Notes: generated by a model not told the origin, from the sequence alone. 49,975 nt of DNA from an uncultured Anaerolineae bacterium (GCA_964481205.1 CAYZYE010000005.1:1-49975), one strand, 5' to 3'. Counted from the first letter of the stretch, positions 1 to 8,582 are shown. Program-made: numbers and translations.

Positions 1-201
1 GGTGAACTCGGTCAGCGGCTCGAAAACGCCCAACACGTACACGTCCAGATCGTCGCCATCCGGCGCGGGGCAGCCCGGTACAAAGCCATAGTTGACCGGG
101 TACCAAATATCGTACCGGGGGTGCTTGCTTCCCAGCGGCCGGTCGATCCGGCAAGCGACCATTTTATTCAAAAAGGTTATCGACGGTTTGTACGAATCCA
201 T
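1..201 (-). CDS. inorganic pyrophosphatase family protein (5' part; runs off window start)
   Basis: Manual translation from ATG at 201: MDSYKPSITFLNKMVACRIDRPLGSKHPRYDIWYPVNYGFVPGCPAPDGDDLDVYVLGVFEPLTEFT; contains the YPVNYG...DGDxLD PPase signature. Not in the ORF track. Confidence 0.8.
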   Translation of the reverse strand, partial: MDSYKPSITFLNKMVACRIDRPLGSKHPRYDIWYPVNYGFVPGCPAPDGDDLDVYVLGVFEPLTEFT

Positions 202-223
202 TCAACTCTTGAAAGACTCTAGC

Positions 224-418
224 CGCAGAGAACGTCGAGGCTCTATTATAACATACACAAAATGCCACCAACTTTTGGCTCTGCGCCTCTGCGTCTCTGC
301 GTTGAACTCTAAATTTCACCAACCAACCTGGCATCTACCGAGATTATCCTGTGTTTATGAATAGCTACGATGTTACTGGATGTTTTATCTCTTTGCGATC
401 TCGGCGCTCTCTGCGGTT
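224..418. repeat. cluster of CGCAGAG/CTCTGCG REP-like repeats (hairpin-forming)
   Basis: CGCAGAGAACGTCGAG (224-239), CTCTGCGCCTCTGCGTCTCTGCG (279-301), CTTTGCGATCTCGGCGCTCTCTGCGGTT (391-418); related copies at 9044-9068 and 46731-46758. Confidence 0.6.
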
Positions 419-425
419 GGCGGGC

Positions 426-1832
426 TTAGGGGCCGGCGACAATCTGTGTAAAATAGTTCGCTATGGCCTCAAAGTTGAGACCGCCGAACAGGATGGCGGA
501 CGCCAGGATGAGCAAGGCGGCAAGCGACTCCGCGGCGATTGGCGTGGACGGCTGTTCCGGCGTGCTATCCTGGCACATCGCGGCGATCCATCGCCCGCTC
601 GACAGCCAGGCCGCGCACAGCCCGACCATAGTCGCGCCGATGCGCCAGCGATTGCCGTCTGCGGCCGCGATCTGGAAAAAGCGCCACACCCCCAGCGCGC
701 CCGCCGTCGGCGGAGCGCCGGCCAGGCTGAGCAGGCACAAGATGGCGACTGCGGCGACCCAGGGATGCCGGCGGCGCAAAGCGGCCAGATCGCCGAACGA
801 CGCGCCCGGATCGAGCGCCGTGATCACCGTTCCGAGGCCGAGCAGCCCGGCGCTGCCGCCGAACAGTGTATAAAACACGAGACCCCAGCCATCGGCCTGA
901 CCACGTTGGAACGCTGCAACCAGGACAATGATCGACAGCCCCGGCGTGGTCAAGGCGATACCCCGCAAGACGTCGCCGGGCGTGCGCGCGCGCCAGGCGA
1001 CGAGGTGCCCTGTTCCAAAGAGCAGTGTACCCAGGATGGACAGCAAGGCGAGGTGCGGGGCGTACAGCACGCCGACCAAACGGCCCAGCGCCGCGATCGC
1101 CGCCCCGGAGAGGATTGTCGCCCGGAGCAGCCCCAGCGGCGCGCCCGACGCTTTATCGCCGGGGCGCGGGCACAGTATGCCCAGTGGAATGAGCACTCCC
1201 CCCAGGATGAGGCCCAGCCCCAACAGGGCCAGCGGGTTTGACTCGCCGCCCGGTTGCGAATTCAACCGCTCCGCCATCAAGTTGAGGAACCAGGCGCCGG
1301 TCGCGCCGTAGAGCAGCGCCGCGCCAAATAAAAAATGCCCCAACCCGACGCCGTGGACGACAAAATACCGCCAGGCGACGTTGGCGCCGCTCAAGGCGTC
1401 GAGCGCCAGATAGAGCATCGCCAGGCCGAGGAGCAGCGACAGCAAGTGTGTGGCTCGAGCGACGACCATTGCGCTGGTCACACCCAAGAGAATCAACGCC
1501 AGGTCGCTGCCGCGCCGAGGTCGCGCCGGGGTCGCTTCCCGCCCCAACTCGATCAAGATGGAAACCACACTGACGCTGCAAAAAAAGAGCGTCCACAGTG
1601 TGCCGGGGCCGTCGCCGATCAGCATCCCTTGCACCGAACCGCCCTGACCGCTAAACAGCACGATCAAGTCCAACGCCGGCGCGACAACGAGGCCGGTCAG
1701 GGCAAGCCAGGCCAATCGCTGCGCCCCGACGCCCCACAGGTCGAGCAACAAAACGCCAATTGCCGCGCCAACCAGGATCAGCATTGGGATTAAATTTGCC
1801 ATTTGGAGAGGCATTGTGGGCATGTTGAACAC
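426..1832 (-). CDS. nuoN: NuoN-like antiporter-type membrane subunit, highly divergent
   Basis: 468 aa, polytopic, LSLAGAPPTAG motif, last gene of the nuo order; catalytic Glu/Lys appear absent. Confidence 0.8.
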   Translation of the reverse strand: MFNMPTMPLQMANLIPMLILVGAAIGVLLLDLWGVGAQRLAWLALTGLVVAPALDLIVLFSGQGGSVQGMLIGDGPGTLWTLFFCSVSVVSILIELGREATPARPRRGSDLALILLGVTSAMVVARATHLLSLLLGLAMLYLALDALSGANVAWRYFVVHGVGLGHFLFGAALLYGATGAWFLNLMAERLNSQPGGESNPLALLGLGLILGGVLIPLGILCPRPGDKASGAPLGLLRATILSGAAIAALGRLVGVLYAPHLALLSILGTLLFGTGHLVAWRARTPGDVLRGIALTTPGLSIIVLVAAFQRGQADGWGLVFYTLFGGSAGLLGLGTVITALDPGASFGDLAALRRRHPWVAAVAILCLLSLAGAPPTAGALGVWRFFQIAAADGNRWRIGATMVGLCAAWLSSGRWIAAMCQDSTPEQPSTPIAAESLAALLILASAILFGGLNFEAIANYFTQIVAGP

Positions 1833-1844
1833 TCGCTTGGGTTT

Positions 1845-3290
1845 TTACCAGAAACTGTTTTGAATGCCGGCGTGAATCTCGGCCCCAAGCCGGCGGATCG
1901 ACGGGCCAATGGTGTCTGAAAACCACTGCGGGCGCAGACCGATGATCAGCAGGGCGACGAGGATGGGGAGCGCGAGCGCGGTTTGCGTCGTCGGCGGGGT
2001 GTCCTGGCGCGCGCGCGGCCAGGCGCGGGCCAGCGCCCACGCGCCGATCAGCAGCCCGGCGGCGATCACGCCGTACAAGCCCCAGTCTAGCGCCACATTG
2101 ATCGCTGGCGCGACGTCGGCCTGCCAATGCCAGCGCAGCATGCCGAGTACGAACAAGAGTTGGCCGGCGAATCCGGCCAGGCCGGGGATGCCGATCAGGG
2201 ATGCAAAAGCCGCCCAAGACGCCGCCCGCCCTGTTCCTTGCCGGGGGTCAGAATGGCATATCCACAGCGCGGCCAGCCCCAGCCCGCGCGCCACAAAGGC
2301 GATGACGGCGCCGTGGATGCTCAAGGCTTGCAGCATAAAAATGCCAATCAGCCCCAGCCCCATCTGGGCGACATGCCAGTAGGCCAGCGTTTCATCCAAA
2401 GAGTCGCTGGCGGCCGAGGCAAAGGCGCCATAGAGCAGCCCGGCCGCGCCCAGGACGATCATTGCCGGCGCAAAGCTGGCGGCGGCCAGTGGAAAAAGGA
2501 GCAGGCAAAAACGGATCAGCCCATAGCCGCCCAGGCTGGTCAGCAGGCTGTAGGCGAGTATTTTGGTCGCGGCCGGCGCGTCGCGCTGCGCGTCGGTCAA
2601 CCCGATGTGAAATGGGAACGCTGCGCCAGTGATCAACATTGCCGCCGTCAGTGTCCAAAACATCCAGGCTTGCGCGGGCCAGTCCGGCATTGCCTCGCCG
2701 GCGAAACCGGTTTGTTCTGCCAACAAACCGGCAATGACGACCGCGATCGCGATCGCCGCGCTGACGGCGGCGATTCCCAGGAGCGCGGTGTTGGGCCGAG
2801 ATTTCGTTGAACGTTGAGCATCGTTGTTGAACAAAAAGAACATGGACAACATGGCGATCAGCCAAAAGGCAAAGAACAAGACCAGGTTCAGCGCGGTCAG
2901 CGCGCCCAGCGCGCCCGTCTCGAACACCAGGATCGAAACTGCTTGTCCCTTGTCGAGCTGCGCCCAGGCGAGCAGCAAGGCAAGCGGCGTCAGCAGGGCG
3001 GTCATCATCACCAGGTGCAGGTTGATGCCGTCGATGCCGAGGTAATAGTCGATCCCCAGCGTGGGCGACCACGCCAGCGGCCCATCGACAAACTGCCGGG
3101 GCGCAGCGTCGTCATCGCTCCAGCCCATGTATAAAAAGAGCGCGATGAACAGGCAGGCGGCCGCGGACAAAAAGGTCAGCCAGCGCCAGACCTCGCGCCG
3201 CCTGCCTGGGATCATGGCCGCGACGACGGCGCTCAGAGCGGGCAAAAAAACGATCAAGGTCAAGAGCGGGAAGCCACCCAATTGGTTCAT
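1845..3290 (-). CDS. nuoM: NuoM-like antiporter-type subunit, divergent (start MNQLGGFPLL)
   Basis: LGIDYYLGIDGI, FPFHIGLTDAQRDAP, GGYGLIRF and IPGLAGFAG motifs; ATG at 3290 overlaps the nuoL stop (ATGA). Confidence 0.85.
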   Translation of the reverse strand: MNQLGGFPLLTLIVFLPALSAVVAAMIPGRRREVWRWLTFLSAAACLFIALFLYMGWSDDDAAPRQFVDGPLAWSPTLGIDYYLGIDGINLHLVMMTALLTPLALLLAWAQLDKGQAVSILVFETGALGALTALNLVLFFAFWLIAMLSMFFLFNNDAQRSTKSRPNTALLGIAAVSAAIAIAVVIAGLLAEQTGFAGEAMPDWPAQAWMFWTLTAAMLITGAAFPFHIGLTDAQRDAPAATKILAYSLLTSLGGYGLIRFCLLLFPLAAASFAPAMIVLGAAGLLYGAFASAASDSLDETLAYWHVAQMGLGLIGIFMLQALSIHGAVIAFVARGLGLAALWICHSDPRQGTGRAASWAAFASLIGIPGLAGFAGQLLFVLGMLRWHWQADVAPAINVALDWGLYGVIAAGLLIGAWALARAWPRARQDTPPTTQTALALPILVALLIIGLRPQWFSDTIGPSIRRLGAEIHAGIQNSFW

Positions 3291-4330
3291 TCCTGAAGCC
3301 TCGTTTCTGCGGTTTGGTTGGACCGTTTGCGATGCGCGCGACCGGCGAGGCGGCTTTCCAACCGGAGCAGATATTGCCCCCCGCGCAGCGCCGTTTTGGC
3401 GATTGCATCGCCGAGTCCATTGAACAAACCTGGCAACCGCCAGGCGCGCCGGGATCGCCGGGCAACAAAACATCCGATGTATATTGCCGTCCATAGCGCC
3501 CACAGCGCCCCGTACCAGGCAACCGGAGGCGGCGCGGGCCGAGTCTCGGTCAGCAAGGGATAGATGCGCGCGAGCAAGAGCATACTGCTGGACGGGACGA
3601 CCCAGAGCGCGATCAGCGCGCGCCGGGGGCCGGCCCGAAATGAGTATTGTGTCGCGCGGGCCAACACGCCGGCCAGCGCGCAAATGACAATAATTGTCTG
3701 CGCGGTGTGGAGGGGCAGCAGCCGTTCCGGGGCCAGGGTCGCAGAACCAAGATGGTCGATCGATGCCGAGGCAAATGTTTGATCGATCATTGCCGTCGCC
3801 AGCAGCAGACAAAGGTCTGCGCCCAGCGAGGCGATGGGCGACGATGCACGCCGTGAACTCGACGTCCACATGATCCACCCACTCAGCGACCAGCCCAGCA
3901 GCAAGACCCAAAAGTTGTCGGCAAACTCGAGCAGCAGCAAAATAGCCAGCGCGCCATTCAGACGGGCGAGGGTGCGGCGGCGGGAGCGCGCTGTGGCGCT
4001 GCGCGCGACATAGAGGTGGATGAACAGCCCAACGGCGACGGTGGTCGAGGCCGCGAGGATCGAGATGGCGTCTACTCTGAGCCGGAGGGCGATTTGAATA
4101 AAGGCGGCGCCCGACCACACTCGCAGCCAGGGCAGCGCCACAGATCGTCCGACCAGACCGGGTTCGATGATCTGGCCCCACAACAGCGGCATAATGATCA
4201 AGCCCGCGCCCACGACCGCGCCGCAAGCGACCCAGTTTTGCAACCGGCGTGTGAGCCGGTGGCCGATCAGCCCGTTGATCGACGCGCCGATCAGGGGCAG
4301 TAGGATGGGCAGCCACTCGATGTACTTCAT
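3287..4330 (-). CDS. nuoL: NuoL-like subunit, shortened to 347 aa
   Basis: N-terminus matches NuoL (LPLIGASINGLIG, LRVDAIS, VGLFIHLY, ADNFWVLLLGW); position between nuoK and nuoM; about half the usual length. Confidence 0.75.
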   Translation of the reverse strand: MKYIEWLPILLPLIGASINGLIGHRLTRRLQNWVACGAVVGAGLIIMPLLWGQIIEPGLVGRSVALPWLRVWSGAAFIQIALRLRVDAISILAASTTVAVGLFIHLYVARSATARSRRRTLARLNGALAILLLLEFADNFWVLLLGWSLSGWIMWTSSSRRASSPIASLGADLCLLLATAMIDQTFASASIDHLGSATLAPERLLPLHTAQTIIVICALAGVLARATQYSFRAGPRRALIALWVVPSSSMLLLARIYPLLTETRPAPPPVAWYGALWALWTAIYIGCFVARRSRRAWRLPGLFNGLGDAIAKTALRGGQYLLRLESRLAGRAHRKRSNQTAETRLQE

Positions 4331-4332
4331 TT

Positions 4333-4611
4333 TTAGCTGTTCTCACCCGGCCTGGAAACCGGGTACGTCAGGGCCAGGGCCACCCCAACCGCCAACTCGA
4401 TCACGGCGATGGTCAGAATGACCAGTGTGATCACCTGGCCTTCCCAATTTTGAAACCAGCTCGCCAGCGAGGCCAGGGCCAGGTTGGCGGCGTGCAAGAT
4501 CAACTCGACGCCCATCAGGATGATCAGCGGGTGCTTGCGCACGGCGACGATCATGACGCCGAGGACAAACAAAAGCATACTCGAAAATAGATAATGGTAC
4601 GGAGTGATCAT
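4333..4611 (-). CDS. nuoK: NADH-quinone oxidoreductase subunit K
   Basis: 92 aa, 3 TM segments, LFVLG..RKH..MGVEL..EGQV..IEL.VG; both conserved Glu present. Confidence 0.9.
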   Translation of the reverse strand: MITPYHYLFSSMLLFVLGVMIVAVRKHPLIILMGVELILHAANLALASLASWFQNWEGQVITLVILTIAVIELAVGVALALTYPVSRPGENS

Positions 4612-4624
4612 GTATGATCCTCAC

Positions 4625-5167
4625 TCAAGAATCTCGCGCCGATCTCGACAACCGGGCCACGATCACCAGCCCGATCAGCAAGAACAGCCCGATCAGTTCA
4701 AAAGGAACGAGGTTGTTAGCCAGCAATTCCTGGCCCAGCGCCGGGATGTATTCTCCCTGGACGGCCCACAGCGGGGGTGATTGGAGAACGGCGGCGCCAA
4801 TGCGCCCCCGGACGATCGCCCAACCGGCGACGGCCGCCAAGATCAAGGCGAGCGGCACAAAGACGAGCAGTCTGGCGAGATTTGGCCGCACCGGGGCTGT
4901 TGTTTTCGGGGACTCGGGGCGCGTCGGTTGAGCGGCGAGGTCGAAACGTTTTGCGCCCCAGATCAGGGCGCTCCCGCTCAAAAAGCAGAAAAAGAGTTGG
5001 AGCGCGGCCAGAAATGAGGCATCGAGGAGAAAATAGAGTCCGGCCAGAGCGGTGATCGAGAGCAAAAACGCACAGATGCCGGGTATGATTTTTTTCAAAA
5101 GCAGCACGCCGGCCGCGCCGGCGAGGGCCAGCGCAACCAGTGGGACGAACAGGATGGTCACGATCAT
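4625..5167 (-). CDS. nuoJ: NuoJ-like subunit, divergent (start MIVTILF)
   Basis: Hydrophobic 180 aa; LYFLLDASFLAALQ and LGQELLANNLVPFELIGLFLL match NuoJ; ATGA overlap with nuoI. Confidence 0.8.
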   Translation of the reverse strand: MIVTILFVPLVALALAGAAGVLLLKKIIPGICAFLLSITALAGLYFLLDASFLAALQLFFCFLSGSALIWGAKRFDLAAQPTRPESPKTTAPVRPNLARLLVFVPLALILAAVAGWAIVRGRIGAAVLQSPPLWAVQGEYIPALGQELLANNLVPFELIGLFLLIGLVIVARLSRSARDS

Positions 5168-5481
5168 GATCCGGTCTCCCTGGTTTGGAGCGCGTGTTCT
5201 GGGCAGACCAGGACGCAGATGGCGCAGTGCATACAGCGTTGGATGTCGATGCGGATCGCGGTCTGACCCTGAATAACGATGCAGTGAGTGGGGCATGCGT
5301 CCACGCAGCGCCGGCATGCCGTACATCGCGTTTGGCCGTCATCGTCCTCGCGCAGCGCCGGCGGGCCGCGAAAAGGCAGCGTTGATGGCGCGGCAGGTGG
5401 TTTTTGGATGCCGCGTCGCCAGACGAGGCGCATCGCTTGCCCAAGTTGGATGAGGTGGTTCAAATAGCTATCAATGGACAT
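5164..5481 (-). CDS. nuoI: NuoI-like 2x[4Fe-4S] subunit (start MSIDSYL, 105 aa)
   Basis: FRGPPAL...CTACRRCVDACP and CMHCAICVLVCP ferredoxin motifs. Confidence 0.85.
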   Translation of the reverse strand: MSIDSYLNHLIQLGQAMRLVWRRGIQKPPAAPSTLPFRGPPALREDDDGQTRCTACRRCVDACPTHCIVIQGQTAIRIDIQRCMHCAICVLVCPEHALQTRETGS

Positions 5482-5486
5482 GTTGT

Positions 5487-6350
5487 TCAACGTGTCGCGA
5501 TCAGCGCCGTGACGATCAGGTTCAACGCGGATAGCGGGATCGCGATTTTGAAAACGGTTTGGACATGTTTGTTCGAGACGGCAGGCGGCAGCGCGGATCG
5601 CGCCAGCGTCCACACCAAGGCGATCAGCCCTACCTGGAGCGTCGTGTACAAGACGGCCAGCCACGGGACTCGGTCGACGAACGGCCCGCCGCCTCCGCCC
5701 ATAAAGAGCGCGCTCGTCAACAGGGCGCGGTTCAAGGTCAATGCTTGGCCGCTCCAACCGGCCTGCGTCTGCGCAGTCCAGGCCGGAGGCCGGGCGCAGA
5801 TGAGCCACAAGAGAAACGCCGCCGGTTGTCGCCAGGCGAACCAGCCCAGGCCGTTCCATTTTCGCTGCGCCTCGAGCCAGGCCGTCAGTCGCAAACTGCC
5901 GGGTTTTACGGCCAAAAGCAAGCTCAAGACGATGAGTAGCATGGGGATCGCGTTGACAAGATGCGTTTCCAGGGTGGAATGGTGCGCGTTCCACCTTGCC
6001 TCGCCTTGTTTTTTGAGCGGGAATTCGGCGCGCGCGATCAGGATGGCCTCGCCGGCCCATTGCAGGGCCAGCGCGTAGAGCAGCGCCGCGCTGCTGTCGC
6101 CCGGCAGCCGCCAGGAGGACGATTGCGGCGCGGACAGGTTGGCCGGCGCAAGTGGAATGACCGCGCCGGCCAGTAACGCGACAACGATGACCGGCCAATC
6201 CCGGCGGCTCAATCGAGGCGCAACCCGGCCGGCGGGGCGCTGATGAAAGCGTCCGCCCAGCCATTGCTCCCAAAAATGATGTCCAACCAGCAAGAGGACA
6301 TAAAACAGCAACCAGACGGCCAATTGGGCGATCCAGGCGGGGTTGTTCAT
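5487..6350 (-). CDS. nuoH: NuoH-like membrane subunit, strongly divergent
   Basis: 287 aa polytopic protein between nuoCD and nuoI; W..WRQP.AF, LF.GGG.GP and W-K..IPLS..NL-type remnants. Confidence 0.7.
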   Translation of the reverse strand: MNNPAWIAQLAVWLLFYVLLLVGHHFWEQWLGGRFHQRPAGRVAPRLSRRDWPVIVVALLAGAVIPLAPANLSAPQSSSWRLPGDSSAALLYALALQWAGEAILIARAEFPLKKQGEARWNAHHSTLETHLVNAIPMLLIVLSLLLAVKPGSLRLTAWLEAQRKWNGLGWFAWRQPAAFLLWLICARPPAWTAQTQAGWSGQALTLNRALLTSALFMGGGGGPFVDRVPWLAVLYTTLQVGLIALVWTLARSALPPAVSNKHVQTVFKIAIPLSALNLIVTALIATR

Positions 6351-7849
6351 TGCGCGGCCCCGGCAATCGAAATGTCCAGACTGTCCAGGATGAGTGGGAG
6401 GCGCGCGGCGGGCGTTCCTGCGGCGATCAGGGGCAGCATGGATAGGTTGGCCAGGGACGGCGCGCGAATGTGAGCGTACTGTAATCGATCGGCGCCGTTG
6501 GCGCAGAGATAAATGCCCAATTCGCCGCGCGCGCTTTCAATGGCGGCATATATCGCGCCGGCCGGCAAGGTTTGGGGAAGGGCCGGCTGCCGGGGGAGGG
6601 CGAAATGGTTGACCTCTCCCTGTTTCAGTTGGGTCAGCGTTTGCCGGATGAGGCGCAAGCTGGCCTCGATCTCGGCGACGTGGACCAGGTAACGCGCCCA
6701 GGCGTCGCCTGACTGTGCGGTTATGACCGGGACATCCAGCTCGTCATAACCGGAATAGGGCAAAGCGCGACGCACGTCATAGGATACGCCCGTCGCGCGC
6801 AGGCACGGGCCGGTTGCGCCCAGCCCCAGGGCCGTGCCGGGATCGATCACGCCAATGTCCTTCCAGTGCGAGCGAAACTCGGAACTTGAGGTCAAGAGGC
6901 GGTCGATATCGACCAACAAGGTGTCCAGGGGGGGCAGCAGCGCGGCCGGCGACAGGCCGGCGTCGAGATCGCGGGCCAGCCCGCCGATGGCGATAATGTC
7001 CGGGGTGATGGGGTTGCCGCCCAGGCGCTGAAAAAAATCGAGGATGGTTTGGCGTCCCTGCCACAGGTAAGAGATGACGGCCAGGTTTGCCCCGTACAGG
7101 TTTTGCACGCAGCGCGCCAACCAATAAAGATGGGAGGCGATCCGTTGCAGCTCGGCATAGATGACCCGCAGCTGCCGCGCTCGTCTCGGCGGCGTAACGC
7201 CAAGCAGTTTTTCGATGCCTAGCGCGTAAACCAGGTCCGTTTGCATCGCCGAAAACCCGTCCATCCGCGCGGTGAGCAGGATGGCGCGGTGGTAGGGCCA
7301 TTGGGTCAGTTTGTTTTCCAGGCCGATGTGCCTGTCGCCGAATTCGACCCGGATGCCGGCGACGCGCGCCTGGCGCTGTTCAATGTCAATGTGCCACCCC
7401 TCAAGGCTGGTTGGGCAGCGCGAGCCGATCTCCCACCGCGTCCAGGCCTGGCCTCGTTCATCCTGGGTGGACGCTTTTTTGAGCAGCGGGCGCGGGTCGG
7501 GATGCCCGTTGAATTCGATGCCCCACAGGTCGCGGGCGCGGCGTTCGCTCCAATTTGCGGCCGGCCAGACCAGGGCCAGGCTGTCCGGCGCGGGCGAGGT
7601 GTTGACGCACAGCCGCAGGCGCCGGCGGTGGGACAGTGACCCAAGTTGGTAGTGTATTTGCTGCGGCGCGCGGGCGGCCGTGAGCAGCAGGTCGTAGCGG
7701 GTTTCCGGCTCGTCGCGCAAAAATTCGGCGACCTGCCCCAGGTAGGCCGACTCGACGTGCAGCGCCGGATTGGCGTTTTGCGCCGCCAGCGTGAACGAGG
7801 CGTCGGGAAAGCGTGTTTTGAGCAGATCGACCAGGCGGCGCTCGCTCAT
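6347..7849 (-). CDS. nuoCD: fused NuoC/NuoD-like protein (start MSERRL, 500 aa)
   Basis: NuoC motif WPAANWSERRARDLWGIEFNGHPD; NuoD motifs IEKLLGV, AELQRIASHL, GPCLRATGV.YDVR, ESARGELG, IRAPS..NL; ATGA overlap with nuoB. Confidence 0.9.
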   Translation of the reverse strand: MSERRLVDLLKTRFPDASFTLAAQNANPALHVESAYLGQVAEFLRDEPETRYDLLLTAARAPQQIHYQLGSLSHRRRLRLCVNTSPAPDSLALVWPAANWSERRARDLWGIEFNGHPDPRPLLKKASTQDERGQAWTRWEIGSRCPTSLEGWHIDIEQRQARVAGIRVEFGDRHIGLENKLTQWPYHRAILLTARMDGFSAMQTDLVYALGIEKLLGVTPPRRARQLRVIYAELQRIASHLYWLARCVQNLYGANLAVISYLWQGRQTILDFFQRLGGNPITPDIIAIGGLARDLDAGLSPAALLPPLDTLLVDIDRLLTSSSEFRSHWKDIGVIDPGTALGLGATGPCLRATGVSYDVRRALPYSGYDELDVPVITAQSGDAWARYLVHVAEIEASLRLIRQTLTQLKQGEVNHFALPRQPALPQTLPAGAIYAAIESARGELGIYLCANGADRLQYAHIRAPSLANLSMLPLIAAGTPAARLPLILDSLDISIAGAAQ

Positions 7850-8280
7850 AGCGCGCTCCGGTGCGTTTTTTGCCGTGACAGGTTCGACAGGGCGTGGTAC
7901 AGCGCGTTGGGGTGCGGCGGGCAGCCGGCGATCCGGGCGTCGACGGGGAGCAAATGTTCGACGGCAATGGTGTCGAATATGGCGCCCGAGATGGCGCATA
8001 CGCCGTAAGCGATGACCCACCTGGGTTGGGCCAACTGTTGGTACAGCGCGTCGAGGTGCGGGCAGATCGCCGGCGATATGCGCCCGGCGACGATGAGCAG
8101 GTTGGCCTGGGCGGGAACCAGGTCGTATGCGCCGCCGTCGACGGCGGGCCAGCCGGGGCCGAGGGTAGCCAGTCCGCAGCAGCCCAGATCGAGCAGGAGG
8201 GGACGGATCGCCGGTTGGGCGACGTTGATCTTGCGACGTTGCTGCATTTTGCGCCGGGGCTTGGAAGGCGAGGCGATCAT
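7846..8280 (-). CDS. nuoB: NuoB-like Fe-S (N2) subunit (start MIASPSK, 144 aa)
   Basis: LGCC, LIVAGRI, VIAYGVCAISG and GCPPHP; all four N2 Cys ligands present. Confidence 0.85.
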   Translation of the reverse strand: MIASPSKPRRKMQQRRKINVAQPAIRPLLLDLGCCGLATLGPGWPAVDGGAYDLVPAQANLLIVAGRISPAICPHLDALYQQLAQPRWVIAYGVCAISGAIFDTIAVEHLLPVDARIAGCPPHPNALYHALSNLSRQKTHRSAL

Positions 8281-8315
8281 TTTGGCTGGCTCCGATCGAG
8301 CTGGGGCAGAAAAGG

Positions 8316-8582
8316 TCATTCGGCGTTTTTGAAAATATAGAACACGCCCGCCGCGAGTAAAGTCACAAACAGGGCAGCGGCGGTGAGGGCGCGTTTTTGG
8401 GCGACCGCGGGCAGGCCGGCCCATGGCAAGAGCCACACCAGGCCCGCCAGGATCAACACGGCCATCAATGTCCAGGGCGGAAAAGGCGTTGCGTCGGTTT
8501 GCCGGTGTGCGTCCTGAAAAAAGCGCCACATTGCCGGCAGCGCGATGCAGGATAACAGCGTCAGGGTGAAAAATATGGTCAT
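8316..8582 (-). CDS. nuoA: NuoA-like subunit, divergent
   Basis: 88 aa, 3 TM segments, LLPWA and G.FYIFK end motifs; first gene of the operon. Confidence 0.65.
   Translation of the reverse strand: MTIFFTLTLLSCIALPAMWRFFQDAHRQTDATPFPPWTLMAVLILAGLVWLLPWAGLPAVAQKRALTAAALFVTLLAAGVFYIFKNAE

Noticed and set aside
1845-4346. 833-aa ORF suggesting a long NuoM or an L-M fusion
   Set aside because: The first 352 codons are an off-frame shadow of nuoL; NuoM homology starts at ATG 3290.
5164-6366. 400-aa ORF ending in ferredoxin motifs
   Set aside because: Only the last 105 aa (NuoI) are credible; the rest overlaps nuoH in another frame.
6347-7849. Group 4 [NiFe]-hydrogenase large subunit
   Set aside because: Neither the N-terminal RxCxxC nor the C-terminal DPCxxC Ni-binding motif is present.
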